A stretch of 64,000 nt of DNA from an uncultured Acidobacteriota bacterium (lineage in GTDB: Bacteria; Acidobacteriota; Vicinamibacteria; Vicinamibacterales; CAVVIG01), in contig CAVQEJ010000003.1 in the NCBI GenBank assembly GCA_963711505.1, forward strand, positions 781,564 through 845,563, written 5' to 3'. Position numbers and translations under genes: made by a program. Below the pieces are notes generated by a model. It made no database searches, was not told the DNA's origin, and saw only the letters and a program-made list of their open reading frames with translations. Below are positions 32,683-41,942 of this stretch, one piece after another; the stretch's first letter is position 1, and each line of letters starts with the position of its first letter.

Positions 32683-32814
32683 ATGATCACGATCGGATGG
32701 ATTGGCTTCATGATCGTGCTGGGCGGCATGTTGCTCGGCCTGGGCGGGGCCGCACTCATTGCTGTCGTGCTGTACGACGTCAGCGTCCGGCACAAGTCGA
32801 AGACCGGCGCCTAG
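32683..32814 (+). CDS. Small hydrophobic protein (43 aa), not in the ORF track
   Basis: MITIGWIGFMIVLGGMLLGLGGAALIAVVLYDVSVRHKSKTGA. ATG is preceded by GAGGAGG at the optimal distance (gaggaggttcgtcATG). One or two TM helices followed by a basic tail. Confidence 0.5.
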   Translation: MITIGWIGFMIVLGGMLLGLGGAALIAVVLYDVSVRHKSKTGA

Positions 32815-33085
32815 GTGTCGCTCGTCTCACGGGCGGTCGGCGCGGCCTGCGGCCCTCGCGGGCACCGCCGAGGTGTGCGGGATCGGGGCCGCAGGCGATG
32901 GTGCGCGGCCACAGCTCCTCTCCCCATTCGCCGGCCCTGCCGTATTCCGGCCATCCCGCTGCCTCTCACGCGCTCCCGATACGCTATCCTTGTTGAAGTA
33001 ATGTTGTTGCGCCCGGACGCCGGCATCGACGCCCTCGACGACGTCGATCGCGCGGCGGGATGCCGGCACGGCCGGCCTTGGTTCC

Positions 33086-34027
33086 GTGTCTGACGAAAAC
33101 ATCTTCGTCGCCTTCGCGCTGCGCGCGGCCAACTCGCCCGGTGACGCCTGCCTGGTGCATCTGTGGGATGCCGGGCAGGGCACGGGCCGGCTCGTCGCCT
33201 GCCATCACCGGCGGGGCGAAGCGACGGCCTTGCTGATGTCGTGGGTGAGTGGCAGCGTGGGCGATCCCGCGAGGACGCCCTGGACCCGCGTGATGCGGAC
33301 CGGGCAGACGCTGCTCATCCCGTCGGCGGGACTGGCGGACGTGCGCGAGTTCGCCGTGGGTGAAGGCGACCTGTACCTGTCGCAGTGGGGCGTGCAGAGC
33401 ATCCTCATCCTGCCGCTGCGGCTGCAGGACGACGTGATCGGTGCCGTGACCCTGTTGCGGGATGCGGCGGGAGCGCCGTATACGCCGGTCGACTGGGAGA
33501 CGCTGCGGCACCTGACCGAGGGGCTGGCGCGGGCGCTGGCGCGGCGGGGCGCGGCGGGGGTGGCGGAGCTGAGTGCGAGCGCTCAGCCGCTGGTCGACGT
33601 CCACGCGGCGGCACGCGAGCGGCGGCCGGTACGGCGGGTGTCGGAGGGCGAATCGCCGATCATCGTGCTGGTCGAGGACGAGCATTCGGTGCGCGATCTC
33701 GTGCGCGAGATCCTGCAGCGGCAAGGCTACGTCGTGCTGGAAGCCGAGACGGCCGAGGACGCCCTGACCATCGTCGCCGGCCACACGGGCCGGCTCGATC
33801 TGCTGCTGACCGACGTCGTGATGCCCGGCATGAGCGGCGTGGCGCTCGCCGAGCGGCTGCGCCAGAGCCATCCCGGCCTGAGCGCGCTGTACATGTCGGG
33901 CTACGTCGACCAGTCGCTCACGAGCCGCAGCGATGCGGCGCGACCGACGCGCTTCCTGCAGAAGCCGTTCACGCTGGAGACCCTGCTGCGCGCCGTGCGC
34001 GACGCGCTCTCCAGCGACGCCTCCTGA
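33086..34027 (+). CDS. GAF-domain plus receiver-domain response regulator (no output domain)
   Basis: The N-terminal ~170 aa are GAF-like (SILILPLRLQDDVIGAVTLLR). C-terminal REC domain: IIVLVEDEHSVRDLV...LLLTDVVMPGMSG...SGYVD...FLQKPF. GTG start. Confidence 0.75.
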   Translation: MSDENIFVAFALRAANSPGDACLVHLWDAGQGTGRLVACHHRRGEATALLMSWVSGSVGDPARTPWTRVMRTGQTLLIPSAGLADVREFAVGEGDLYLSQWGVQSILILPLRLQDDVIGAVTLLRDAAGAPYTPVDWETLRHLTEGLARALARRGAAGVAELSASAQPLVDVHAAARERRPVRRVSEGESPIIVLVEDEHSVRDLVREILQRQGYVVLEAETAEDALTIVAGHTGRLDLLLTDVVMPGMSGVALAERLRQSHPGLSALYMSGYVDQSLTSRSDAARPTRFLQKPFTLETLLRAVRDALSSDAS

Positions 34028-34046
34028 AGACCGTTCTCCGCTTCTC

Positions 34047-35481
34047 TCAGATCAACCCCACGAAGATCGTCCGGATCGTCTCCCGCAGCGGCGCCGGGTA
34101 CGTGCCCAGCCAGATCGAGGAGCACGGTCAGCAGCGCCAGCACCACGCCGCTGCCGGCGTGCAGCGGCAGCGGGCTGGCGGTCGGCTCGCCGCGGGTGGC
34201 GTAGAGCGCGACGACGATCCGCAGGCAGTAGAAGAGGCCGATGGCGCTCGTCGCGACCAGGACCGCGACCAGCCCCCAGACACCGGTCGACGCGGCGGCG
34301 CCGACCACGAAGAACCGGCCGAGAAAGCCCGCCGTCAGCGGGATGCCGGCCAGTGACAGCAACATGGCGGTCATGACGCCCCCCAGGACCGGCCGCCGCC
34401 AGAACAGGCCGCGGTAGTCGTCGATCCGGTCGGCGTCGCGCGTTTCGTCGGAGAGGATTCCCACGACGGCGAACACCCCGAGCGTCGTGACGAAGTAGGC
34501 CGTCAGGCAGAAGGTGGCGGCCTCGGCTCCCGCCGCGCCGCCCGCCTGGACGGCGACGAGCAGGTAGCCGAAGTGGGCGATCGACGAATAGGCGAGGAGG
34601 CGCTTCACGTTGCGCTGACGCAGCGCCAGCAGGTTGCCGGCGATCATCGAGGCCGCGGCGATAAGCGTGAACGCCAGGTAGATCGACCCGCCGTCGACCG
34701 GCGACTCGCGGAAGTAGCGGAGCAGCAGGCCGAACAGCGCGCCTTTCGAGACCGTGTCCACGAAGGCGACGATGGGCGCGGGCGCGCTCTCGTAGACGTC
34801 GGGAGCCCACATGTGGAAGGGCACGACGGCCAGCGTGGAGGCGATGCCCGCAATCATCAGCGCCAGACCCGCCAGCAGCATCGGATCGTAGAAGCTGGCC
34901 CGGGTCGTGAAGAGCGCGCTCATCCGGCCGAATTCCATCGTCCCCAGCCGCGCGTAGATGAGCGCCATGCCGAACAGCAGCACGGCAGTGGAGCTGGCGG
35001 CGAGCACCAGGTACTTCAAGCCGGCTTCGATCGGTTGCGGACGGGTCGTCACGTAGCTGATGAGGCCGTACAGCGCGACGCTCAGCACCTCCATCCCGAG
35101 GAAGAACGAGACGAAGTGGCTGCTCAACACGATGGCGACGGCTCCGGTGGCCGCCGTCGGCAGCAGGATGTACAGCTCCTCCGGCCGCTCGCTCTGCCGT
35201 GCCAGGCAGCCGTGCGCCAGCACGACGACGATGAGGGTGGTCGCGATGAGCAGGCCGGCGTAGAACAGGCCGAAGCGGTCGACCACCAGCAGCGGCGTCA
35301 CCTGACGCGGGACCTCGGGCAGCGCCGCCGCGATCGAGGCGAGCGCCGCCACGAGCCCGGTGCCAGCCACGACAGCGGCGGCCGTGTGGTTCCGGCGCAC
35401 GGCGACCGTCAGCATGACGGCGATAGCCGTCAGGGCGACGAGCAGCAGCGGGAGCAGTGCGATCAGGCCGCGTTCGGTCAC
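34047..35481 (-). CDS. nuoN: NADH-quinone oxidoreductase subunit N (antiporter-like); frameshift near 34115 restores the normal C-terminus
   Basis: FFLGMEVLSVALYGLISY...EAGLKYLVLAASSTAVLLFGMALIY...PFHMWAPDVYE...AYSSIAHFGY. After the shift the C-terminus reads WLGTYPAPLRETIRTIFVGLI with TGA at 34047-34049. GTG start with GGAG upstream. Confidence 0.85.
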
Positions 35482-35630
35482 CTCGTCGGCTCCAGGGCAC
35501 CGGCCTGCACGCCGACGGGCCGCATCCGTGTCAGGGCGGGAGCGAAGGTGTCGCAGATCGGCCGGGGCGAGCGACCCGGCCGGACGAGGCCGGGGACGAG
35601 CGGAAGCGGGATGAGCCGGAGCGGAATCAT
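35478..35630 (-). pseudogene. 50-codon ORF occupying the position of nuoL/nuoM (possible relic)
   Basis: MIPLRLIPLPLVPGLVRPGR... Its ATG overlaps the nuoK stop (ATGA) and its TGA overlaps the nuoN GTG start (GTGA). So it keeps K->L-type and M->N-type translational coupling with about 3.5 kb of expected sequence absent. Confidence 0.3.
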
Positions 35631-35995
35631 AGGAACAGCACCAGGGCGACGAACAGGACGGTTCCGGCCGCCAGGCTCGCCGTGTACCAGCGGAGACGCG
35701 CCATCTCCGTGTCGCCCAGCCGCCGCCAGCCCCACTGCGTGAGGCGCCGCACCAGCGCGAGTCCGACCAGCGCCCCGGCTGCCGCCATCGTCAGGACGAA
35801 GATGAACATCACCTGGCCGTCGACCTGTCCCCAGCGGGCGCCCGCGGCGACGAAGGCGAGTCCGGTGGCGTTCAGCATCACCTCGATGGCGATCAGCATG
35901 AAGAGCACGTTGCGGCGCGCCAGCAGTCCCGCGAGGCCGATGACGAGGAGCGTGCCGGCCACGAGCAGCAGATCAGTCAGCGGAACGGCGGTCAT
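35627..35995 (-). CDS. nuoK: NADH-quinone oxidoreductase subunit K (with ~20-aa C-terminal hydrophobic extension)
   Basis: LLARRNVLFMLIAIEVMLNATGLAFVAAG...DGQVMFIFVLTMAAAGALVGLALV is canonical NuoK. Confidence 0.85.
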   Translation of the reverse strand: MTAVPLTDLLLVAGTLLVIGLAGLLARRNVLFMLIAIEVMLNATGLAFVAAGARWGQVDGQVMFIFVLTMAAAGALVGLALVRRLTQWGWRRLGDTEMARLRWYTASLAAGTVLFVALVLFL

Positions 35996-36506
35996 CGCCT
36001 CCCTCCGCGCGGGCCGTTCGCCGCCAGCCGATGTGATACGCCGTTACCAGCCCTCCCGGCAGCACCATGAACGCCAGCGCGATGCCGATCAGGTAGCGGC
36101 CCCACAGCGCGAGACCCACTTCGCGAGGTCCGGTGGCGGCCGAGCCGGCCATGGCGGTCAGGCCCTCGTGAGTGAGCAGGTAGCCGAACTCGGCGAGGAG
36201 CAGGGCCGCCAGTGCGGACGGGCCGAGCCAGGTGCCGGGCGTGAGCCAGGTCCGCTCCAGCTCGGCGGGCTCCCTGCCCGGGTTCATGGACGTGACCGCG
36301 AAGACGAAGAGGGCGATGATCGCGCCGGCGCCGACGACGACCTCGAGCGCCGCGGCGAGCTCGGCGCCGATCAGGAAGAAGACGACGGCGACGGCCAGCA
36401 GCGACACGGCGAGATACGCCAGGGCATGGATGATGCTGGTGCGCGTGACGGCCAGCAGCGTGGCCAGAATGGCGACGGCGCTGGAGACGTAGAGAGCGGA
36501 GGTCAT
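35973..36506 (-). CDS. nuoJ: NADH-quinone oxidoreductase subunit J
   Basis: Start at ATG 36506 (MTSALYVSSAVAILATLLAVTRTSIIHALAYLAVSLLAVAVVFFLIGAELAAALEVVVGAGAIIALFVFAV). The upstream part of the track ORF is read-through. Confidence 0.8.
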   Translation of the reverse strand: MTSALYVSSAVAILATLLAVTRTSIIHALAYLAVSLLAVAVVFFLIGAELAAALEVVVGAGAIIALFVFAVTSMNPGREPAELERTWLTPGTWLGPSALAALLLAEFGYLLTHEGLTAMAGSAATGPREVGLALWGRYLIGIALAFMVLPGGLVTAYHIGWRRTARAEGGDDRRSAD

Positions 36507-36974
36507 GGGAGCGCAATCTCTGTGACGGACGACGTGCGGCGTGTCCGCGGATCGGCCACTCGTGCCTCTCGCACGCCACCGGCTGCCGCCCCGTCCTCTA
36601 TCATCGCGCCTGTGCCGCGCCGCGCGTTGCACGGCGAAGCGGCAGGTTGGGACACGCGTCACGGCTGAGGCGGCTGCGCGATCACGAACCTGTGCCATGC
36701 CGTGTCCGCGGCCGGACCTCGTCGAACGCGGCACGCCGCGCGGCATATACTCTTAGAGAAGTGCACGCCCGCGCCTCGGGTCCTGGACGATGGTCCGGCT
36801 CCGGCGCTTCGGCGGTCGCCGCCGTGCGTCGCAATCGTGCTGCTGGCGTCCGCTCCACCCGCCGGCCCCGCGACCGGCATTCCGTGCCCGTCGCACCGCG
36901 CGTGCCTCCCGTTTCCGCAAGCTGATCCGTGCCGATGGCCGGTGTCGCCGTCGCGACGCGGCAAGGAGTGCAAG

Positions 36975-38404
36975 ATGGCAGAACGGCATGAGATGGGGAT
37001 GATCGGCCTCGGCGTCATGGGCCGGAATCTCGTCCTGAACATGGCCGATCACGGCTTCCCGGTGGTCGGCTTCGACAAGGACCCCGCCAAGGTGGAGGCG
37101 CTGCGCCGCGAGGCGGGCCAGCGGCCCGTGAAGGGCGCCAGCACGCTCGACGAGTTCCTCGGCCTGCTGCGGTCGCCGCGCGCCGTGATGATGCTCGTGC
37201 CGGCGGGCGGCCCGGTCGATGCGGTCGTCGACGAGCTGCGTCCCCACCTCGATCGGCAGGACGTCATCATCGACGGCGGCAACTCGTTCTACCGCGACAC
37301 CGATCGCCGCGCGAGCGCGCTGGCGAAGGACGGTCTGCACTTCGTCGGCGTCGGCGTCTCGGGCGGCGAGAAGGGGGCGCGCTTCGGTCCGAGCATCATG
37401 CCGGGCGGCGCGAAGGAGGCCTGGGATCGCCTGCGGCCGGTGCTGGAGGCGGTGTCGGCGAAGGTCGACGGCTCGCCGTGCGTGACGTACCTCGGGCCGG
37501 GCTCGGCCGGGCACTACGTGAAGATGGTGCACAACGGCATCGAGTACGGCCTGATGGAGCTCATCGCCGAGGCCTACGACCTGATGAAGCGGGGCCTGGG
37601 GTTCGACGACGACCGGCTGCACCGGGTCTTCGAGACGTGGAACGGCGGCGAGCTGAACGGCTACCTCATCGAGATCACGGCCGACATCTTCCTGCAGCCC
37701 GACGATCGCACCGGCAAGCGGCTGGTCGACATGATCCTGGACGAGGCGAAGCAGAAGGGGACGGGGAAGTGGACGTCCCAGGACGCGATGGATCTCCAGG
37801 TGCCGGTGCCGACGATCGATGCGGCCGTGGCCATGCGCGATCTGTCCGGGTACAAGAGCGAGCGGAGTGGCCGCCCAGCGTCTGTATCCCCCGACGAAGG
37901 CGCCGGCCGGGACTCGAGGCAGAGGCCTTCATCGAGCAGCTCGGCCATGCGCTCTACGCCGGCATGGTGATGACCTACGTGCAGGGGATGGCCCTGCTGC
38001 GCCGGGCGTCCGAGGCCTACCAGTACGGCCTGGCGCTCGACGAGGTGGCGCGCATCTGGCGCGGCGGCTGCATCATCCGCGCGGGGATTCTCGAGAAGAT
38101 TCGTACCGCCTATCACCGGACGCCCGACCTGCCGAACCTGCTGCAGGACGAGGCGTTCGCGTCGGACCTGCACGCCCGGCAGGGCGCGCTGCGCGGCGTC
38201 GTGCAGGCGGCGGCGCAGCTCGGCATTCCGGCGCCGGGACTGATGGCGTCGCTCGGCTACTTCGACGGGTACCGCTCGGGCCGTCTGCCGGCCAACCTCA
38301 CCCAGGCGCAGCGTGATTACTTCGGATCGCACACCTACGAACGGGTGGACGCGACGGGCGTGTTCCACACCGAGTGGCAGCAGACCGCACGGGAGGGTCG
38401 ATGA
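36975..38404 (+). CDS. gnd: 6-phosphogluconate dehydrogenase (decarboxylating); 2 frameshifts (~37866, ~37907)
   Basis: AAGGAG RBS. GMIGLGVMGRNLVLNMADHGF...GGNSFYRDT...GVSGGEKGARFGPSIMPGG...HYVKMVHNGIEYG. The C-terminal third lies in the frame of ORF 37478..38404, reached via a short stretch in a third frame. Confidence 0.9.
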
Positions 38405-39952
38405 CGAACGGAAACCAGGTGGGCCCGGCCACCCTCGTGATCTTCGGCGCGGCCGGGGACCTGACGTGGCGCAAGCTCGTGCCGGCGCTCTTCGATCTGT
38501 TCCTCGACAAGCACCTGCCGGAGCACTTCGCCGTGCTCAGTGTCGACAAGCAGCCGATGTCGCACGAGGACTACGTGCAGCACCTGCGCGAGGGCGTCCG
38601 GCAGTTCGGGCGGCGCAAGGTCAGCGACGAGGACAGCTGGAAGGCGTTCGCCGAACACCTGCTGGACTACGTGTCGGCCGACTTCGACGATGACAAGGCG
38701 TTCCAGGAGCTGGCGGCGCGGCTGAACGAGATCGACGGCCAGTGGGACACGAAGGCGACCCGCGTGTTCTACCTGGCCATCTCGCCGGGCCTGGTCGAGA
38801 TGGTGACGCGCCAGCTCGGGCAAGGCCGGGCTGGCCAGCGACACCGACCGCGCCCGGATCGTCGTCGAGAAGCCGTTCGGTCACGACCTGGCGTCGGCGA
38901 AGCAGCTAACGCGATGCTGACCGGCGTCTTCGAGGAACGGCAGATCTACCGGATCGATCACTACCTCGGCAAGGAGACCGTCCAGAACATCCTGGCGTTC
39001 CGGTTCGCGAACGCGCTGTTCGAGCCGATCTGGGACCGGCGCTACATCGATCACGTGCAGATCACCGTGGCCGAGCAGGTCGGCGTGGGGCACCGCGGCG
39101 GCTATTACGAGCACGCGGGCGCGCTGCGCGACATGGTGCAGAACCACCTGCTGCAGGTGCTCTGCCTGGTGGCGATGGAGCCGATCATCTCGTTCGACGC
39201 CGACGAGATCCGGACGAAGAAGGTGGACGTGCTGCGCGCCATCCGTCCGATTCGCGCCGGCCGACGTCCACCGGCTCGCCGTGCGCGGCCAGTACGCCGG
39301 CGGCTGGCTGCAGGGCGAGAAGGTCGAGGCGTACCGCAACGAGGACGGCTGCGATCCCGACTCGTCCACCGAGACCTTCGCCGCGCTGAAGCTGTTCGTC
39401 GACAACTGGCGGTGGCAGGACGTGCCGTTCTACCTGCGCACCGGCAAGCGGCTGCCGGCGAAGGTGTCGGAGGTGTTCATCCAGTTCCGGCCCGTGCCGC
39501 ACCAGGCGTTCCCGGCGTCGGCCGTGCAGGACTGGCAGCCGAACCTGATGATGATCCGGATTCAGCCCGACGAAGGGATCGTCATCCGCTTCCAGGCGAA
39601 GCATCCCGGGCCGCACATGCACCTCAGCCCGGTCGACATGCGCTTCGACTACCAGAAAGCGTTCAAGGCGGCCGCCCCGGAGGCGTACGAGACGCTGCTG
39701 CTCGACGTGATCCGGGGCGACGCCACGCTGTTCATGCGGGCCGACCAGGTCGAGGCGGCCTGGTCGGTCGTCATGCCCGTCCTCGACGTCTGGGCGGAGA
39801 CGACGCCGGCCGATTTCCCGAACTACCGCGCCGGCAACTGGGGGCCGGAAGCGGCGCAGGTGCTGATTGCGTCCGACGGGCGCGCCTGGCTCCTGCCGTC
39901 GCTCGCGGACGACGGGCAGGAGGAGCTGAGACGGCGGCGCAGCACATCCTGA
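38401..39952 (+). CDS. zwf: Glucose-6-phosphate 1-dehydrogenase; 3 frameshifts (~38823, ~38908, ~39255)
   Basis: ATGA overlap with gnd. LVIFGAAGDLTWRKLVPALF. The active-site region RIVVEKPFGHDLASAKQLN is readable only in a shifted frame. Then IYRIDHYLGKETVQNI and the C-terminal half in ORF 39281..39952. Confidence 0.9.
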
Positions 39953-41116
39953 CCATCAACGGCGGATCGTCGAGCCTGAAGTCGACCGTCTACGAGGCGG
40001 CAGGTGGCGACCTGCGTCCGCTGCAGACCGCGGCCGTGCAGCGCATCGGCTCCGGGACGGCCCGCGTCCGCGTGCGGGCCGCCGACGGGCGGACGCTCGA
40101 CGAGGGCGAGGCGCCGCTGCCCGACCTGCAGGCCGCGGTGCGTCACTGGCTCGACTGGCTGCGGGATCACGATGGCCCGCCGATCGACGGCGTCGGTCAC
40201 CGGATCGTGCACGGCGGCCCCGATGGTGACCGGCCGCGCCGAATTGGGCCGGAGCTCGTCGAGACGCTGCGCGCGCTCATCCCGCTCGATCCGGATCACC
40301 TGCCCGGCCAGCTCGATGCCGTGGCGGCGGTGGAGGCGGCGTACCCCGGCGTGCCGCAGGTCGCCTGCTTCGACACGACCTTCCACCGGACCATGCCGGG
40401 GGATGCCCGCCGCTACCCGTTGCCGCGGGCGCTCGAGGCGCGCGGGATCGTCCGGTACGGCTTTCACGGCCTGTCGTACGAATACATCATGAGTGAGATC
40501 CGCCGGATCGCACCCGGCGGCGGCCGGCGGCCGCATCGTCATCGCCCATCTGGGCGGCGGCGCGAGCATGGCCGCGATCGCGGGTGGCGTCAGCATCGAC
40601 ACGACGATGGGGCTGACGCCGGCCGGCGGCCTGATGATGGGCACCCGGTGCGGCGACCTCGATCCCGGCGTGCTCGTCCGGCTGCTGGAGATGGAACAGC
40701 TGACACCCGGAGGGCTGAACGATCTCGTGAACCATCGTGCCGGCCTGCTGGGCGTCTCGGAGACGAGCGCCGACATGCAGGAACTGCTGGGCCGGACGAG
40801 CGCGGACGTCCGAGCCGCGGAGGCGGTCTCGCTGTTCTGCTACGTGGCCCGGAAGTGGCTCGGCGCGCTGCTGGCCGTGCTCGACGGTGCCGACCTGGTG
40901 GTCTTTACCGGCGGAATCGGCGAGCACGCGCCGCGCGTCCGCGCGGCCATCTGCGAGCGGCTGACGTTTGCGGGTATCCGGATCGACGCGGCACGCAACG
41001 AGGCGAATGCGCCGGTGATCTCCGTCGAGGGGGCACCGGTGGGCGTGCGGGTGATCACCACGAACGAAGAGCTGATGATTGCGCGCCACACGGTGAAGAC
41101 ACTGCAGGCGGACTGA
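39931..41116 (+). CDS. ackA: Acetate kinase; frameshift near 40520; no canonical start codon found near the conserved N-terminus
   Basis: ILTINGGSSSLKSTVY...GHRIVHGG...ACFDTTFHRTMP...YGFHGLSYEYI, then frame of ORF 40493..41116 (RIVIAHLGGGASMAAI...GTRCGDLDPG...VFTGGIGEHA...TNEELMIARH). The 5' coordinate is approximate. Confidence 0.8.
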
Positions 41117-41173
41117 TGCCCGGGGGCCGCTTGCTGCAACGGAGCAACGGGCAATGGGTAACGGGTATTGCCT

Positions 41174-41193
41174 GACGTCGGACGTCCGACGTC
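41174..41193. terminator. Perfect 20-bp palindrome gacgtcggac/gtccgacgtc between ackA and rpiB
   Basis: Read directly. There is no loop and no T-tract, so a terminator function is doubtful. It could equally be a protein-binding site. Confidence 0.25.
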
Positions 41194-41208
41194 GGAGAGG
41201 ACCACCCT

Positions 41209-41667
41209 ATGCGTGTCGGAATTTCAGCGGACCACGGCGGCTTCGCCATGAAGGAGCACCTCCTCGGGTTGCTGCGAACACTGGGCCACGAGGTCGTCGA
41301 TTTCGGCGCCACGGCCTTCGATCCGGCTGACGACTACCCGGACTTCGTGGTGCCGATGGCGCGGGCGGTGGCCGCCGGACAGGTGGAGCGCGGCATCGCG
41401 CTCTGTGGCAGCGGCGTCGGGGCGTGCATCGTGGCGAACAAGGTGCCCGGCGTGCGGGCCGCGCTGATTCACGAGTCGTTCTCGGCCCGGCAGGGCGTCG
41501 AAGACGACGACATGAACGTGATGGCCGTGGGCGGCCGGGTCGTGGGCGAGGCCGTGGCGACCATCCTCATCAACACGTTCCTCGAGGCGCGCTTCACCGG
41601 CGCCGAGCGGTTTCGCCGCCGCCTCGCGAAGATCGCGGCGCTCGAAACAGGGCAGCGGTTATCATGA
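41209..41667 (+). CDS. rpiB: Ribose-5-phosphate isomerase B (RpiB/LacA/LacB family)
   Basis: MRVGISADHGGFAMKEHL...GIALCGSGVGACIVANKVPGVRAALIHESFSARQGVEDDDMNVMAVGGRVVG. Intact. Confidence 0.9.
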   Translation: MRVGISADHGGFAMKEHLLGLLRTLGHEVVDFGATAFDPADDYPDFVVPMARAVAAGQVERGIALCGSGVGACIVANKVPGVRAALIHESFSARQGVEDDDMNVMAVGGRVVGEAVATILINTFLEARFTGAERFRRRLAKIAALETGQRLS

Positions 41668-41707
41668 CCAGGCGGAATTCATTCTTCACTGCTCAAGGAG
41701 TGTCCCC

Positions 41708-41896
41708 ATGTCCGGTCCGTCCCTGACGAGCTTCGTCGCGGCCGTCTTCGTGGTCGCGCTGGTGATTCTGCTGGTGCTGGAGCTGCCGCTGGCCGGTATC
41801 GGCACCGGGCTCGAGGTGATCGAGGGGGTGCTGGCGCTCTTCGTCGTGGTGGTCGGCTTCCGGACCGCGAACGACGTCCGGCGCGGAAGAGCGTAG
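41708..41896 (+). CDS. Small membrane protein (62 aa)
   Basis: AAGGAG lies 8 nt upstream of the ATG. Two hydrophobic helices (FVAAVFVVALVILLVLEL; VLALFVVVVGF). No family recognised. Confidence 0.45.
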   Translation: MSGPSLTSFVAAVFVVALVILLVLELPLAGIGTGLEVIEGVLALFVVVVGFRTANDVRRGRA

Positions 41897-41942
41897 GGGC
41901 CCGGGGACTGTCCGCGGGACAGTCCCCCCGGTCCCAGGTCCG

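Noticed and set aside
33901-34046. C-terminal 48 codons of the nuoN track ORF overlapping the end of the GAF-REC gene
   Set aside because: After a single-nucleotide shift near 34115, nuoN ends with a typical hydrophobic C-terminus (…WLGTYPAPLRETIRTIFVGLI) at 34047. The unshifted tail is charged, atypical, and overlaps the convergent gene.
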